Origin: a virus
Virus record (IMG/VR): IMGVR_UViG_2716884767_000001
Span: 103,510 to 167,509 of that record
DNA length: 64,000 nt
Direction: 5' to 3' (one strand)
Shown here in pieces: positions 19,222-28,069 of this stretch. The translations under genes were made by a program, and so were the position numbers. The stretch's first letter is position 1, and every line of letters starts with the position of its first letter. The notes under the pieces are model-generated. The model was given only the letters and a program-made list of their open reading frames with translations. It ran no database searches and was not told the origin of the DNA.

Positions 19222-19847
19222 CAACTAATATGCATCTTTTTACAAAAGATTACTATGAAGACGGAGTTCGTAAACATATCTCTGGATATGAGAACTATAG
19301 TTGGCAACCCACACGATCAATACCAGAAGCATTAGATATTCAAAACTATTTTGATTTTGATACTTGTGTTGACTATGGATGTGCCAAAGGATTTCTTGTT
19401 CATGCTCTTCGCATACTTGGATCAGAAGCATATGGTGAGGACATGAGTGAGTATGCAATCGAAAATTGTTATCCCGCAGTGAAGGATTATCTATCTCTTC
19501 CAAATAAAAAGATATATGATCTCTTGATTTGTAAGGACATGTTAGAGCATGTTGAAGAGGTGGACATACCTGCTGTTCTACATTTGTTTAAGCAGAAGTC
19601 AGATCAGTTCTTTTTTACAATACCTCTTGGTGACAATGATCGTTTCCGTATTCGTGAGTATGAAGTTGATATCACACATGTGACAAAGAAAGATGAGGAG
19701 TGGTGGATTAAGACATTTGAAAAATATGGATTTGAATTAATCAAGTTCTCCTATGAGTTTGGATCAATCAAAAGAAAATGGGTTGATAAGTTTCCTTATG
19801 GAAATGGTTTCTTTATTCTAAAATATGATGACTCTTACGATGGATAA
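19218..19847 (+). CDS. Class I SAM-dependent methyltransferase
   Basis: VDYGCAKG motif I, DLLICKDMLEHV. Confidence 0.85.
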   Translation: MTTNMHLFTKDYYEDGVRKHISGYENYSWQPTRSIPEALDIQNYFDFDTCVDYGCAKGFLVHALRILGSEAYGEDMSEYAIENCYPAVKDYLSLPNKKIYDLLICKDMLEHVEEVDIPAVLHLFKQKSDQFFFTIPLGDNDRFRIREYEVDITHVTKKDEEWWIKTFEKYGFELIKFSYEFGSIKRKWVDKFPYGNGFFILKYDDSYDG

Positions 19848-20628
19848 AAACAAAGCAGCATTTAAATTAAAAGGTCTTCCACCCATATATTATATTAATC
19901 TTGATGATCAACCAGAGAGAAAAATATACATGGAAACTCAGTTTAAGTATTGGGAGATTGAAAACTACACACGAATCTCTGCATATGATGGTCGTGAAGA
20001 TGACTTGAGTGATATTATAAAAGGTAAGTATCCTGATGATATGTTATCAGGTGAAGTAGGATGTACTACTTCACATTTAAAGACACTTAAAGAATTTCTT
20101 AAATCAGATTCTAATTGTGCTTTAATTATGGAAGATGATTGTGATATTGGAACTGTTTCCTCTTGGGGTTTTACTTGGAAAGATTTCTATGCAAGAACTC
20201 CTTATGACTATGATGTTATACAACTGGCAATAATTAATCCAGCAGAAGTGCATATGAAACTTCATCGTCGATTTGTAAATGATTTTTCAACAGCTTGTTA
20301 TCTAATTACAAGACATCATGCAGAAAAACTAATTAAATTACATTGTCGTGGTGATAAGTATAAAATTGATCAGGGAGTGAAACCAAGAGCAGTTGCGGAT
20401 GATTTAATTTATAATTCTGGTAATACTTTTTCAATTCCATTATTTTTGTACAGATTGCAAATGGGATCTTCAATTCATAAAGAGCATGTAGAAGTATTTC
20501 ATAGATCAAGTCATGAGGGTTTAACTAATTTTTGGAAAAGTCAATCACCTACAATAGCAGATTGGAATCCATATTTTGAATATGATCCATATTTTGGAAC
20601 ACTCCCACCAGGTTGGCAAGGTAAATGA
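19825..20628 (+). CDS. Glycosyltransferase family 25 (LPS biosynthesis type)
   Basis: YYINLDDQPER, GEVGCTTSH, LIMEDD, STACYLIT. Confidence 0.85.
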   Translation: MMTLTMDKNKAAFKLKGLPPIYYINLDDQPERKIYMETQFKYWEIENYTRISAYDGREDDLSDIIKGKYPDDMLSGEVGCTTSHLKTLKEFLKSDSNCALIMEDDCDIGTVSSWGFTWKDFYARTPYDYDVIQLAIINPAEVHMKLHRRFVNDFSTACYLITRHHAEKLIKLHCRGDKYKIDQGVKPRAVADDLIYNSGNTFSIPLFLYRLQMGSSIHKEHVEVFHRSSHEGLTNFWKSQSPTIADWNPYFEYDPYFGTLPPGWQGK

Positions 20629-20712
20629 TAAGAAAAAATTATATTAATTATTAAGTTTAGTTAAGTGTATTAGTATTTTAAGACTGGGATCAAGGGATTT
20701 ATGTTAAGTTTC

Positions 20713-20741
20713 TTGACAAAATTTTATATTTACTATATAAT
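20713..20741 (+). promoter_or_regulatory. Sigma70-like promoter of the hli cluster
   Basis: TTGACA(20713-20718)-17 nt-TATAAT(20736-20741). Confidence 0.85.
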
Positions 20742-20768
20742 TATGTTACGTTTCTTAATAAAACTTAA

Positions 20769-20966
20769 ATGACTGTTACAACAGAATCAGGTGGAAGACA
20801 AAATGCTTTCCCTACTGAAACTCGTCCATACATTGATGAGTCTGTATCCTATGAAGGATATCCACAGAACGCTGAAAAGGTTAATGGTCGTTGGGCTATG
20901 ATCGGTTTCGTTGCACTCCTTGGTGCTTACGTAACAACAGGACAAATTATACCAGGTATTTTCTAA
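20769..20966 (+). CDS. hli: High-light inducible protein
   Basis: AEKVNGRWAMIGF chlorophyll-binding motif, TGQIIPGIF end. Confidence 0.95.
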   Translation: MTVTTESGGRQNAFPTETRPYIDESVSYEGYPQNAEKVNGRWAMIGFVALLGAYVTTGQIIPGIF

Positions 20967-21091
20967 TGGATTTCTCACATCCTTACTGGAAATATGCCGA
21001 GAAGGTCAATGGTCGTTTAGCGATGCTTGGTCTAGTGATCGGTACAATTAATTACGGTCTATTCGGATGGATAGCACCAGGTTTATTTTAA
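20966..21091 (+). CDS. hli: High-light inducible protein (41 aa)
   Basis: MDFSHPYWKYAEKVNGRLAMLG...; TAATG coupling (the ORF-track start at 20891 is too early). Confidence 0.9.
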   Translation: MDFSHPYWKYAEKVNGRLAMLGLVIGTINYGLFGWIAPGLF

Positions 21092-21137
21092 AATGAAACT
21101 TATCTCACAATTCACAATACAAAAAGGAGCAAAACTC

Positions 21138-21245
21138 ATGACACCAGAAGCAGAAAGATTTAACGGTTGGGCAGCAATGCTTGGTTTCGTAGCAGCAGTA
21201 GGCGCATACGCAACAACAGGAAACATCATTCCAGGTATTTTCTAA
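21138..21245 (+). CDS. hli: High-light inducible protein (35 aa)
   Basis: Hand-translated MTPEAERFNGWAAMLGFVAAVGAYATTGNIIPGIF; AGGAG RBS. Confidence 0.92.
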   Translation: MTPEAERFNGWAAMLGFVAAVGAYATTGNIIPGIF

Positions 21246-21374
21246 ATGAAAAAGGAAATCGAAAAGGAAAAGTTAGTTGCCGAAAAACTTAATGGCAGAC
21301 TTGCCATGATCGGCATCATCGCAGGTATCGGAGCATACCTAACAACAGGTCAACTCATACCAGGTTTTGTTTAA
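21246..21374 (+). CDS. hli: High-light inducible protein (42 aa)
   Basis: Hand-translated MKKEIEKEKLVAEKLNGRLAMIGIIAGIGAYLTTGQLIPGFV. Confidence 0.92.
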   Translation: MKKEIEKEKLVAEKLNGRLAMIGIIAGIGAYLTTGQLIPGFV

Positions 21375-21547
21375 TGACCGAATTAGTAGCAGATAATGCT
21401 ATATCACCCTTTCAAGCAATATTATGGTGTCTCTATCCAGTAGGTGCCATAGTATTTCTTGAGTTATTTCTTCGTGCCATAAGTGGTGACGACGATGACG
21501 ACGATGAGGGTGGTGGAATCATGACCCCAGTTTATCAAGGAGCATAA
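21374..21547 (+). CDS. Small membrane protein with acidic tail (57 aa)
   Basis: TAATG coupling; TM helix followed by DDDDDDEGGGIMTPV. Confidence 0.7.
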   Translation: MTELVADNAISPFQAILWCLYPVGAIVFLELFLRAISGDDDDDDEGGGIMTPVYQGA

Positions 21548-21621
21548 TGCAACACATTTTATTTACAACAATAGTTACACTTTACATCGTATCAGGTGTA
21601 GGTAATATCGCATTCGCATGA
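21547..21621 (+). CDS. Micro-ORF, single TM peptide (24 aa)
   Basis: TAATG coupling; MQHILFTTIVTLYIVSGVGNIAFA. Confidence 0.55.
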   Translation: MQHILFTTIVTLYIVSGVGNIAFA

Positions 21622-21713
21622 AGAAAATATTTTATAGTCCATACTACTCACTCTATGAGTTTGGTTTCTTTATAATTATAGGTACAGCAGCAGGAATGGC
21701 AGGATTAGTCTAA
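21618..21713 (+). CDS. Micro-ORF, single TM peptide (31 aa)
   Basis: ATGA overlap; MKKIFYSPYYSLYEFGFFIIIGTAAGMAGLV. Confidence 0.55.
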   Translation: MKKIFYSPYYSLYEFGFFIIIGTAAGMAGLV

Positions 21714-22099
21714 TGAGCGATTACATGTCACAATCTTATCATGATGTCATGGAAGTATATAAAAGACCAATGAGTGTCAAATACATACCCACATTCTTCT
21801 GGGCAATTATATGTGTTGTTTCTTTGTCTGTCGCATTCCCAGTTCTTGCACACGCATTCGAAGCAGAACCTGTTATCTGGGTTCAAGTTCCACAATGGAC
21901 AGATGACTGGGCAGTATGTGCAGTCGATATTCCAGACGCAGCATGTCATTGGTATGTTGCGAACGCAGATAATACATTTGGAGAAGGATTCGATTGGGAA
22001 GAAGCTCCTTGGTTTGATGTCAACGGACTTAATGATGTAGCACCCATACAGAGAGAAACTGTAGTTCAACATTTACAGGAAGTTAGTTATAAGAAATGA
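21713..22099 (+). CDS. Hypothetical membrane-anchored protein with a Trp/Cys-rich domain
   Basis: TM segment then PVIWVQVPQWTDDWAVCAVDIPDAACHWY. Confidence 0.7.
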   Translation: MSDYMSQSYHDVMEVYKRPMSVKYIPTFFWAIICVVSLSVAFPVLAHAFEAEPVIWVQVPQWTDDWAVCAVDIPDAACHWYVANADNTFGEGFDWEEAPWFDVNGLNDVAPIQRETVVQHLQEVSYKK

Positions 22100-22200
22100 G
22101 TTATTACGATACATTTTTAATGTTCATATCAATATTTTCTGGAACTGTATTAATGACTACAGTTGCAGTTGTCATGATGTCTGCTATGATAGATAGATAA
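22096..22200 (+). CDS. Micro-ORF, single TM peptide (34 aa)
   Basis: ATGA overlap; MSYYDTFLMFISIFSGTVLMTTVAVVMMSAMIDR. Confidence 0.5.
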   Translation: MSYYDTFLMFISIFSGTVLMTTVAVVMMSAMIDR

Positions 22201-22216
22201 TAAAAACAATTATCTT

Positions 22217-22381
22217 ATGTCAGAATACTCAGAACACGTAAACGATCTGTGGGAAGACATGGATCGTCTCAATGCCATGTATGAAGAACTCATGTGGGAT
22301 AATGAAGATGTATTAGAATTTGTTGCAGATTATAAAAATAATCAAATTATTATTAGGAATAGAACACAAGATATTGTATAA
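22217..22381 (+). CDS. Small acidic hypothetical protein (54 aa)
   Basis: Hand-translated MSEYSEHVNDLWEDMDRLNAMYEELMWD... Confidence 0.6.
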   Translation: MSEYSEHVNDLWEDMDRLNAMYEELMWDNEDVLEFVADYKNNQIIIRNRTQDIV

Positions 22382-22396
22382 ATTATAACAGTATGC

Positions 22397-22404
22397 TATA
22401 AATA
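22397..22404 (+). promoter_or_regulatory. T4-type late promoter
   Basis: TATAAATA 21 nt before ATG 22426. Confidence 0.7.
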
Positions 22405-22425
22405 TTGTAGTTGCAAGGTGTTTCT

Positions 22426-22590
22426 ATGAATGGTAGAATAGACAAAGTAGCCATGCTTGGCAAGGTTATGAGAATCAAAGATGGTATTCATCGGCATCAG
22501 TGGTATCCTCACTGGCATGAAAATGAAAGAGTAGCAGCACAATTAGCACTAAACAATGTGCTCGATGTATTAGACGAGTATTGGGAATAG
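22426..22590 (+). CDS. Small hypothetical protein (54 aa)
   Basis: Hand-translated MNGRIDKVAMLGKVMRIKDGIHRHQWYPHW...; late promoter upstream. Confidence 0.6.
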   Translation: MNGRIDKVAMLGKVMRIKDGIHRHQWYPHWHENERVAAQLALNNVLDVLDEYWE

Positions 22591-22624
22591 TTGACGGATA
22601 TGTAAAGTTATGTTATAATAAATA
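22591..22624 (+). promoter_or_regulatory. Composite early/late promoter of psbA
   Basis: TTGACG-17 nt-TATAAT(22614-22619), overlapping TAATAAATA. Confidence 0.8.
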
Positions 22625-22650
22625 ACGAAAGGTGGTGTTTTCCACACATT

Positions 22651-22800
22651 ACAAAGGACTCGAAAGGATCGTAACCCTGCGTACAACTGCTCTTAAACCG
22701 AGACCTATAGGCAGTCTAATACTTCGTCTCTCATATCCATCAGTGAAGGGATTGATGGAAATATAAGTTTCGCTCTACCCTTTGAGCCCTACTTATTCAA
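22651..22800 (+). ncRNA. Structured psbA 5' leader, probably including a PhotoRC-II-type motif
   Basis: ~180-nt UTR with GAGAC/GTCTC and TCCATCA/TGATGGA stems; such motifs are known upstream of cyanophage psbA; family identity not verified by covariance model. Confidence 0.55.
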
Positions 22801-22808
22801 ACGTCCTA

Positions 22809-23897
22809 ATGACAACTTCAAATTTAACACGCAGACAAGGCGGACTCCTACAGGGATGGCCAGAGTTCTGTGAGTGGGTAACATCAACTAACAACAGACT
22901 TTATGTTGGTTGGTTCGGTGTACTCATGATTCCATGCTTACTCACAGCAGCAGCATGCTTCATCGTTGCTTTCATAGCAGCACCTCCAGTCGATATCGAC
23001 GGAATCAGAGAGCCTGTAGCAGGTTCTTTCATGTATGGTAACAACATCATCTCAGGTGCAGTTGTTCCATCTTCAAACGCAATTGGTCTTCACTTCTACC
23101 CTATATGGGAAGCAGCAACCGTAGATGAATGGTTGTATAATGGTGGTCCTTATCAGTTAGTTATCTTCCACTTCCTTATTGGAATTTCTGCCTACATGGG
23201 TAGACAGTGGGAACTATCATACAGATTAGGAATGAGACCATGGATATGTGTAGCATATTCAGCACCTGTATCTGCAGCATTTGCAGTGTTCTTAGTGTAT
23301 CCTTTCGGTCAAGGTTCTTTCTCTGACGGAATGCCACTAGGTATCTCAGGTACGTTCAACTTCATGTTCGTGTTCCAAGCAGAGCATAACATTCTTATGC
23401 ACCCCTTCCACATGGCAGGTGTTGCAGGTATGTTCGGAGGATCTTTATTCTCAGCAATGCACGGTTCTTTAGTTACATCTTCTCTAATCAGAGAGACAAC
23501 TGAAACAGAATCACAGAACTATGGATACAAGTTTGGACAAGAAGAAGAAACATACAACATAGTAGCAGCACACGGTTACTTTGGTCGTCTTATCTTCCAG
23601 TATGCTTCTTTCAACAACTCAAGAAGTCTTCACTTCTTCTTAGCAGTATTCCCTGTAGTTTGCGTATGGTTAACCTCAATGGGTATCTGTACAATGGCAT
23701 TCAACTTGAATGGTTTCAACTTTAACCAATCAGTTGTTGATGTTAATGGTAAAGTTATCCCTACATGGGGAGATGTTCTTAACAGAGCAAACTTAGGTAT
23801 GGAAGTAATGCATGAAAGAAATGCACACAACTTCCCACTAGACCTAGCATGTGCCGAGTCTACAACAGTTGCTTTAACTGCTCCAAGCATTGGTTAA
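22809..23897 (+). CDS. psbA: Photosystem II D1 protein (Prochlorococcus type), no intron
   Basis: [42 protein letters not shown]; ATG 22809 (MTTSNL). Confidence 0.99.
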   Translation: MTTSNLTRRQGGLLQGWPEFCEWVTSTNNRLYVGWFGVLMIPCLLTAAACFIVAFIAAPPVDIDGIREPVAGSFMYGNNIISGAVVPSSNAIGLHFYPIWEAATVDEWLYNGGPYQLVIFHFLIGISAYMGRQWELSYRLGMRPWICVAYSAPVSAAFAVFLVYPFGQGSFSDGMPLGISGTFNFMFVFQAEHNILMHPFHMAGVAGMFGGSLFSAMHGSLVTSSLIRETTETESQNYGYKFGQEEETYNIVAAHGYFGRLIFQYASFNNSRSLHFFLAVFPVVCVWLTSMGICTMAFNLNGFNFNQSVVDVNGKVIPTWGDVLNRANLGMEVMHERNAHNFPLDLACAESTTVALTAPSIG

Positions 23898-23923
23898 AAC
23901 CAAAATCACTTTTTAATTTCATT

Positions 23924-23954
23924 TACCTCGAAAAAAATTTCGGGGTATTTTTTT
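23924..23954 (+). terminator. Rho-independent terminator after psbA
   Basis: TACCTCGAAA/TTTCGGGGTA stem followed by T7. Confidence 0.8.
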
Positions 23955-23979
23955 GTCTAATTAAATTTTTTATCATCTT

Positions 23980-23988
23980 TAATAAATA
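23980..23988 (+). promoter_or_regulatory. Late promoter for the virion block
   Basis: TAATAAATA 17 nt before ATG 24006. Confidence 0.65.
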
Positions 23989-24005
23989 AAAGAAAGTCTA
24001 GATGA

Positions 24006-24884
24006 ATGTCAATCGCATATAATACAAGTATAGTTGGTGTAAAATCTGATGATTTAGTACTGCATTTGGATGCAGGGAGTAAAGTAAGTATACCTAATCG
24101 AACAGAGGATACTGCACAGGAATGGGTAGATTTATCCAAATATACAACTAGTGGTGCACCACAATATGATGCTATTTTACCACATACTCCTACTTTGCCT
24201 TCAGGTCACGCATATCCCCCTTTTTCAAATGCATTTGGTGGTTGTTTACTTTATACTCACTTAACCAAACTTCAACTTGTATTAAAGGATACTTATTTTT
24301 TTAATGAATGGGATCATCAAAAATATACGATTTCGATATGGTTTCAAACACATAGTTCTTTTAATTCTGGTGATGGTGGTAGTCGAGGACTTATAATAAC
24401 TGGTAATAATAGTAATGGATTTCATTTTTATCATGTTCATAATGCTAGTTTTGATCGTCTTTATGTTGGTGCACATTCAAGTAATGGTGGAAGTCCTACA
24501 GGATCATATTATGACATAGAACCCTCTACATGGTATAATGCGACACTTGTATTGGATACGGTTCAAAGTCAAGATTACACAGTGATGCAGAGTAATGCAT
24601 TAAAAATATATGTTAATGGTGATTTAATAGGAAATCATAGTTTTACTAGGATGGGAGCTAATGGTGGTCAGCAATTTTACATAGGTGGTGGTGGAAATTC
24701 CAATCTAAATGCAAATGATGAATTGTATGGTTATGATGATCACTCTAAAACTTTATATAATTATTCTAGTGGGGGATCTAAACATGAAGGTGCAATTTCA
24801 TCTGTTTTGATGTATCAAAGAGCATTGACAGAATTGGAAGTTAAACAAAACTTCAATGCATTAAAAGGGAGGTATTCTTTATAA
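24006..24884 (+). CDS. Virion structural protein with a LamG/concanavalin A-like domain
   Basis: LVLHLDAG, TWYNATLV, LKIYVNG, YQRALTELEVKQNFNALKGRY. Confidence 0.75.
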   Translation: MSIAYNTSIVGVKSDDLVLHLDAGSKVSIPNRTEDTAQEWVDLSKYTTSGAPQYDAILPHTPTLPSGHAYPPFSNAFGGCLLYTHLTKLQLVLKDTYFFNEWDHQKYTISIWFQTHSSFNSGDGGSRGLIITGNNSNGFHFYHVHNASFDRLYVGAHSSNGGSPTGSYYDIEPSTWYNATLVLDTVQSQDYTVMQSNALKIYVNGDLIGNHSFTRMGANGGQQFYIGGGGNSNLNANDELYGYDDHSKTLYNYSSGGSKHEGAISSVLMYQRALTELEVKQNFNALKGRYSL

Positions 24885-26059
24885 TGGCTTTAAGACATCA
24901 AGGTAAACCTATTGTAAGAGATGGATTGGTTTTTTGTATCGATCCTTTGAATGATAAGAGTCTTACAAAACCAATAGATATTAATATTATTGTGAAGGCA
25001 GATTATAATTTAAGTCATGATCACTATTCACTGCACAGCAGCAGTGTTAATGGAAAGGATAGAGGTGATTTTGATACTAAATACGATTTTAGTGGAGAAC
25101 AGGATCCTACACTTGTGATGTTTGTAGGAGATACGATTAAATTTGACATGACAACATTTAGTACTATGAATACTGCTGATAATGGTGAGAATGCTTTATG
25201 GATTAAAACAAATCAAAGTACTGGAAGTAGTAATGCAGTTTCCACTCCCGCAGCAATTAATAATGGATCGGATGATCAAGATATTTCTTGGACTCCTTAT
25301 AACGCAGGTACGTATTATTATAATTCCAATTCCCACTCTAGTATGAGAGGACAGATTACCGTAAAGAATGATCCTAAAAACATACTTGATGTCTCTGGTT
25401 ATGGTCAATTTGCTGCAAAAAGTGCTTCGATGGGAAAGGCAACAGTGGTTGGAATTTCAAGTTATACTGGAGTAGGTAATGCAATTTATTTAAATGGTAG
25501 TGATAATTATATTCAATTGCCATTAGGTAGTACAAGTGAGGCAGGTGAAAACTTATTTGGATCTTATTGGTCTTTTGATATGTGGGCATATTTGGATACT
25601 GACAGTGTAGATACAGGCACTTACGCAAATTACAATAGTCCACAAGGTCTTTTTACCATGAGTTCTGAAGATGATTGGAATTCAGGAACAACCTCAAATT
25701 CAGGTTTTGCATTTGGGTGGAATCGTGTATGGTATAAAGAAGATGGTGGATCAACTCAAACTAGTATGAGTTGGACTGGACCATCAGTTCGAACATGGCA
25801 TCATTTTTGTGTGACACATAATAATGGCACGGCAACTTTGTATATTGATGGTGCTTCAGTAACATCAGCAACTAATTTTAAAGATGAATTTTCTGGAGAT
25901 ACAGGACAGAGAGCTATAGGTCTCACTGATAGGTATAGTGGAAATTATAGAGGTTGTTTTAAGGGTTATATCGGTGGTTTTAAACACTACACACGAACTT
26001 TATCTGCCACAGAAGTATCAACAAATTACGGCGCAACAAGAGGGAGGTTTGGAGTCTAA
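24884..26059 (+). CDS. Virion structural protein: LamG domain with an inserted cupredoxin-like module
   Basis: GLVFCID...GTYYYNSNSHSSMRGQITV...WHHFCVTH, LYIDG, YTRTLSATEVSTNY. Confidence 0.72.
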   Translation: MALRHQGKPIVRDGLVFCIDPLNDKSLTKPIDINIIVKADYNLSHDHYSLHSSSVNGKDRGDFDTKYDFSGEQDPTLVMFVGDTIKFDMTTFSTMNTADNGENALWIKTNQSTGSSNAVSTPAAINNGSDDQDISWTPYNAGTYYYNSNSHSSMRGQITVKNDPKNILDVSGYGQFAAKSASMGKATVVGISSYTGVGNAIYLNGSDNYIQLPLGSTSEAGENLFGSYWSFDMWAYLDTDSVDTGTYANYNSPQGLFTMSSEDDWNSGTTSNSGFAFGWNRVWYKEDGGSTQTSMSWTGPSVRTWHHFCVTHNNGTATLYIDGASVTSATNFKDEFSGDTGQRAIGLTDRYSGNYRGCFKGYIGGFKHYTRTLSATEVSTNYGATRGRFGV

Positions 26060-27648
26060 TGGCTAGTCGTTCAGGACCAAAACTTGTAGGATTAAATAAT
26101 TTGGAAGCGTGTTTTGATGCAGGAAATTTTAAAAGTTATGATACAACTGTGACCCCCACCACCCCTAATGCTCAAACATCATATACCACTGCGGGATCTT
26201 ATAGTTTCGTAGTGCCTGTTGGCATCACTTCAATATCTGCCGTATGTGTCGGTGGTGGTGGAGGTGGTGGTAATAATGGTGAAAATGCAAACGATGATGA
26301 TGCAGGTGGTGGAGGTGGTGGAGGGTTAGCATATGGAACATTTGCAGTCACACCAGGTGAAACTTTAACTGTCATTGTTGGTGCTGGAGGTGCTGGAGGT
26401 ACAACATCATCACGTGATGGTGGTGATGGTGGAAGCAGTACAATATACAACTTGAATACCAATGGATCAATTAATCAAACTCTTCTTCGAGGTTATGGAG
26501 GAGGAGGTGGTGGTCAAGGCATTAATGGTACTGCCGACGGTGGAAATGGTGGAACATTTTCAGGTATAGCAACTGTTACTGGTGGTGGTGGAAATGGTGG
26601 AAATGGTGGAAATGGTGGTGGAGGCGGAGGAGGTGCAGGAGGTGCAGGCGGATATAGTGGTGATGGTGGTTATGGACAAGCTTTTGGAGGAGCTGGTGCA
26701 GGTACAGATGGTGCAGGTGGTGGAGGAGGTGGAACTGGTTCTGTAGATAGTGTTAATGGTAACGCATCACCAAAAAAAGGTGGTGGAGTGGGAATACTTG
26801 GACAAGGGTCAAATGGAGCAGGTGGAGCTGCAAATGCTGATGGAGGAGCAGGTTCAGGTGGTTCGGGTCAAAACTATGGTGGAGGTGGTACAGGTGCATT
26901 TAAGTATACACCTACAGGAATATATGCACACAATTATAATGACGGGCAAGGTGGTGCTGGAGGTGCTGTCAGACTTGTGTATCAACCAACTATAGGTAAT
27001 CGACAATATCCTGATGGATCTGGCACATTGAGTAACCTTGCAGATACGACTTATTCATTTAATATAGTTTCTGATAAATGGAAAGATATAAGCGGAAAGG
27101 GACTTATAGCAACTTTATCTGGTGCAACATTTAATGGAGCAAATGGTGGTGTTTTAGTTTTTGATGGAACTGATGATTATGTAGTAACAGGTTCTGATAT
27201 GTTTAATGCAAATGCTGATTTTACAATTTCTATGTGGTTTAATTCAGATGATTTTTCAGAACAAAAAGCTTTTGTTGCAGATGTTGATAATTCACAAAGT
27301 TTATTTTTAAGATACAATAGTGGTATACAAGTAGTTAACAGTAATACAGCAGTTCTTGGTAGTTTTACTTCTTCAACTTTATCAACAAACACTTGGCATA
27401 ATGTAACTGTAACTAAATCATCTAACACATATAGATTATATGTTGATGGTAACTATAAGTCTCTTCTTATTTTTAGCCATACTTATTCTCATAATCCAAA
27501 TACTATTGGTGCGAATCACAATATAGGAGGAGGGGCTAAAAACTTTTTTGACGGAAAGATTGCAAAAGTCCTTGCTTATAGTACTGCACTTTCTGATTCT
27601 GAAGCTTCTAGTCACTATGAAACTTTTAAACATAGATTTGGAATATGA
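26059..27648 (+). CDS. Virion structural protein: LamG domain with an inserted Gly-rich module
   Basis: LEACFDAG, VCVGGGGGG Gly-rich block, WHNVTVT, LYVDG, YSTALS. Confidence 0.75.
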   Translation: MASRSGPKLVGLNNLEACFDAGNFKSYDTTVTPTTPNAQTSYTTAGSYSFVVPVGITSISAVCVGGGGGGGNNGENANDDDAGGGGGGGLAYGTFAVTPGETLTVIVGAGGAGGTTSSRDGGDGGSSTIYNLNTNGSINQTLLRGYGGGGGGQGINGTADGGNGGTFSGIATVTGGGGNGGNGGNGGGGGGGAGGAGGYSGDGGYGQAFGGAGAGTDGAGGGGGGTGSVDSVNGNASPKKGGGVGILGQGSNGAGGAANADGGAGSGGSGQNYGGGGTGAFKYTPTGIYAHNYNDGQGGAGGAVRLVYQPTIGNRQYPDGSGTLSNLADTTYSFNIVSDKWKDISGKGLIATLSGATFNGANGGVLVFDGTDDYVVTGSDMFNANADFTISMWFNSDDFSEQKAFVADVDNSQSLFLRYNSGIQVVNSNTAVLGSFTSSTLSTNTWHNVTVTKSSNTYRLYVDGNYKSLLIFSHTYSHNPNTIGANHNIGGGAKNFFDGKIAKVLAYSTALSDSEASSHYETFKHRFGI

Positions 27649-27691
27649 AAATAATATTAAATCACTAAATAAAATTAACTTACAAATTTAT

Positions 27692-28063
27692 ATGAGTCTT
27701 CTCCATTCATCGAAAGCTTATGTTTTTAATTTACAGACAACAAGTTCAGCAGAGGCAAAGAGATTATGGAGGAAAGATATAAAAGAAAAATGGAATTGGC
27801 AGTGTGCATATTGTGGGGATGATAGTAATCTAACCATCGATCATGTGGTACCAAGATGTAAGGGAGGTACAGACTTCACAAAAAATGTAGTCTGTTGTTG
27901 TAATAAATGCAATCAAAGAAAAGGACATGAATCTTGGGAGGAGTGGTATTTTAATCAAGATTTCTTTAGTATGAACAGATATAATAAAATTCAAAAGTGG
28001 ATGAAACCTGACGTTACCAAAGATCTTTTTTTGTATAAACCAAGAAGAAATAACTTAACATAA
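27692..28063 (+). CDS. Free-standing HNH endonuclease
   Basis: CAYCG, TIDHVVPRCKGG, NVVCCCNKCNQRKG; CTAAATA late core at 27665 supports ATG 27692. Confidence 0.9.
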   Translation: MSLLHSSKAYVFNLQTTSSAEAKRLWRKDIKEKWNWQCAYCGDDSNLTIDHVVPRCKGGTDFTKNVVCCCNKCNQRKGHESWEEWYFNQDFFSMNRYNKIQKWMKPDVTKDLFLYKPRRNNLT

Positions 28064-28069
28064 TAAATA
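28061..28069 (+). promoter_or_regulatory. Late promoter of the tail fibre gene
   Basis: TAATAAATA overlapping the HNH stop codon. Confidence 0.6.

Noticed and set aside
22782-22808. Longer psbA start at 22782
   Set aside because: ATG 22809 gives a typical D1 N-terminus; the upstream segment belongs to the structured leader.
22809-23897. Group I intron or homing endonuclease inside psbA
   Set aside because: The reading frame is continuous and of normal D1 length; the HNH gene is 3.8 kb away.
26199-26995. GGT/GGA microsatellite-like tracts and Pro-rich antisense ORFs (also 38233-38697)
   Set aside because: Fully explained by polyglycine coding on the plus strand.
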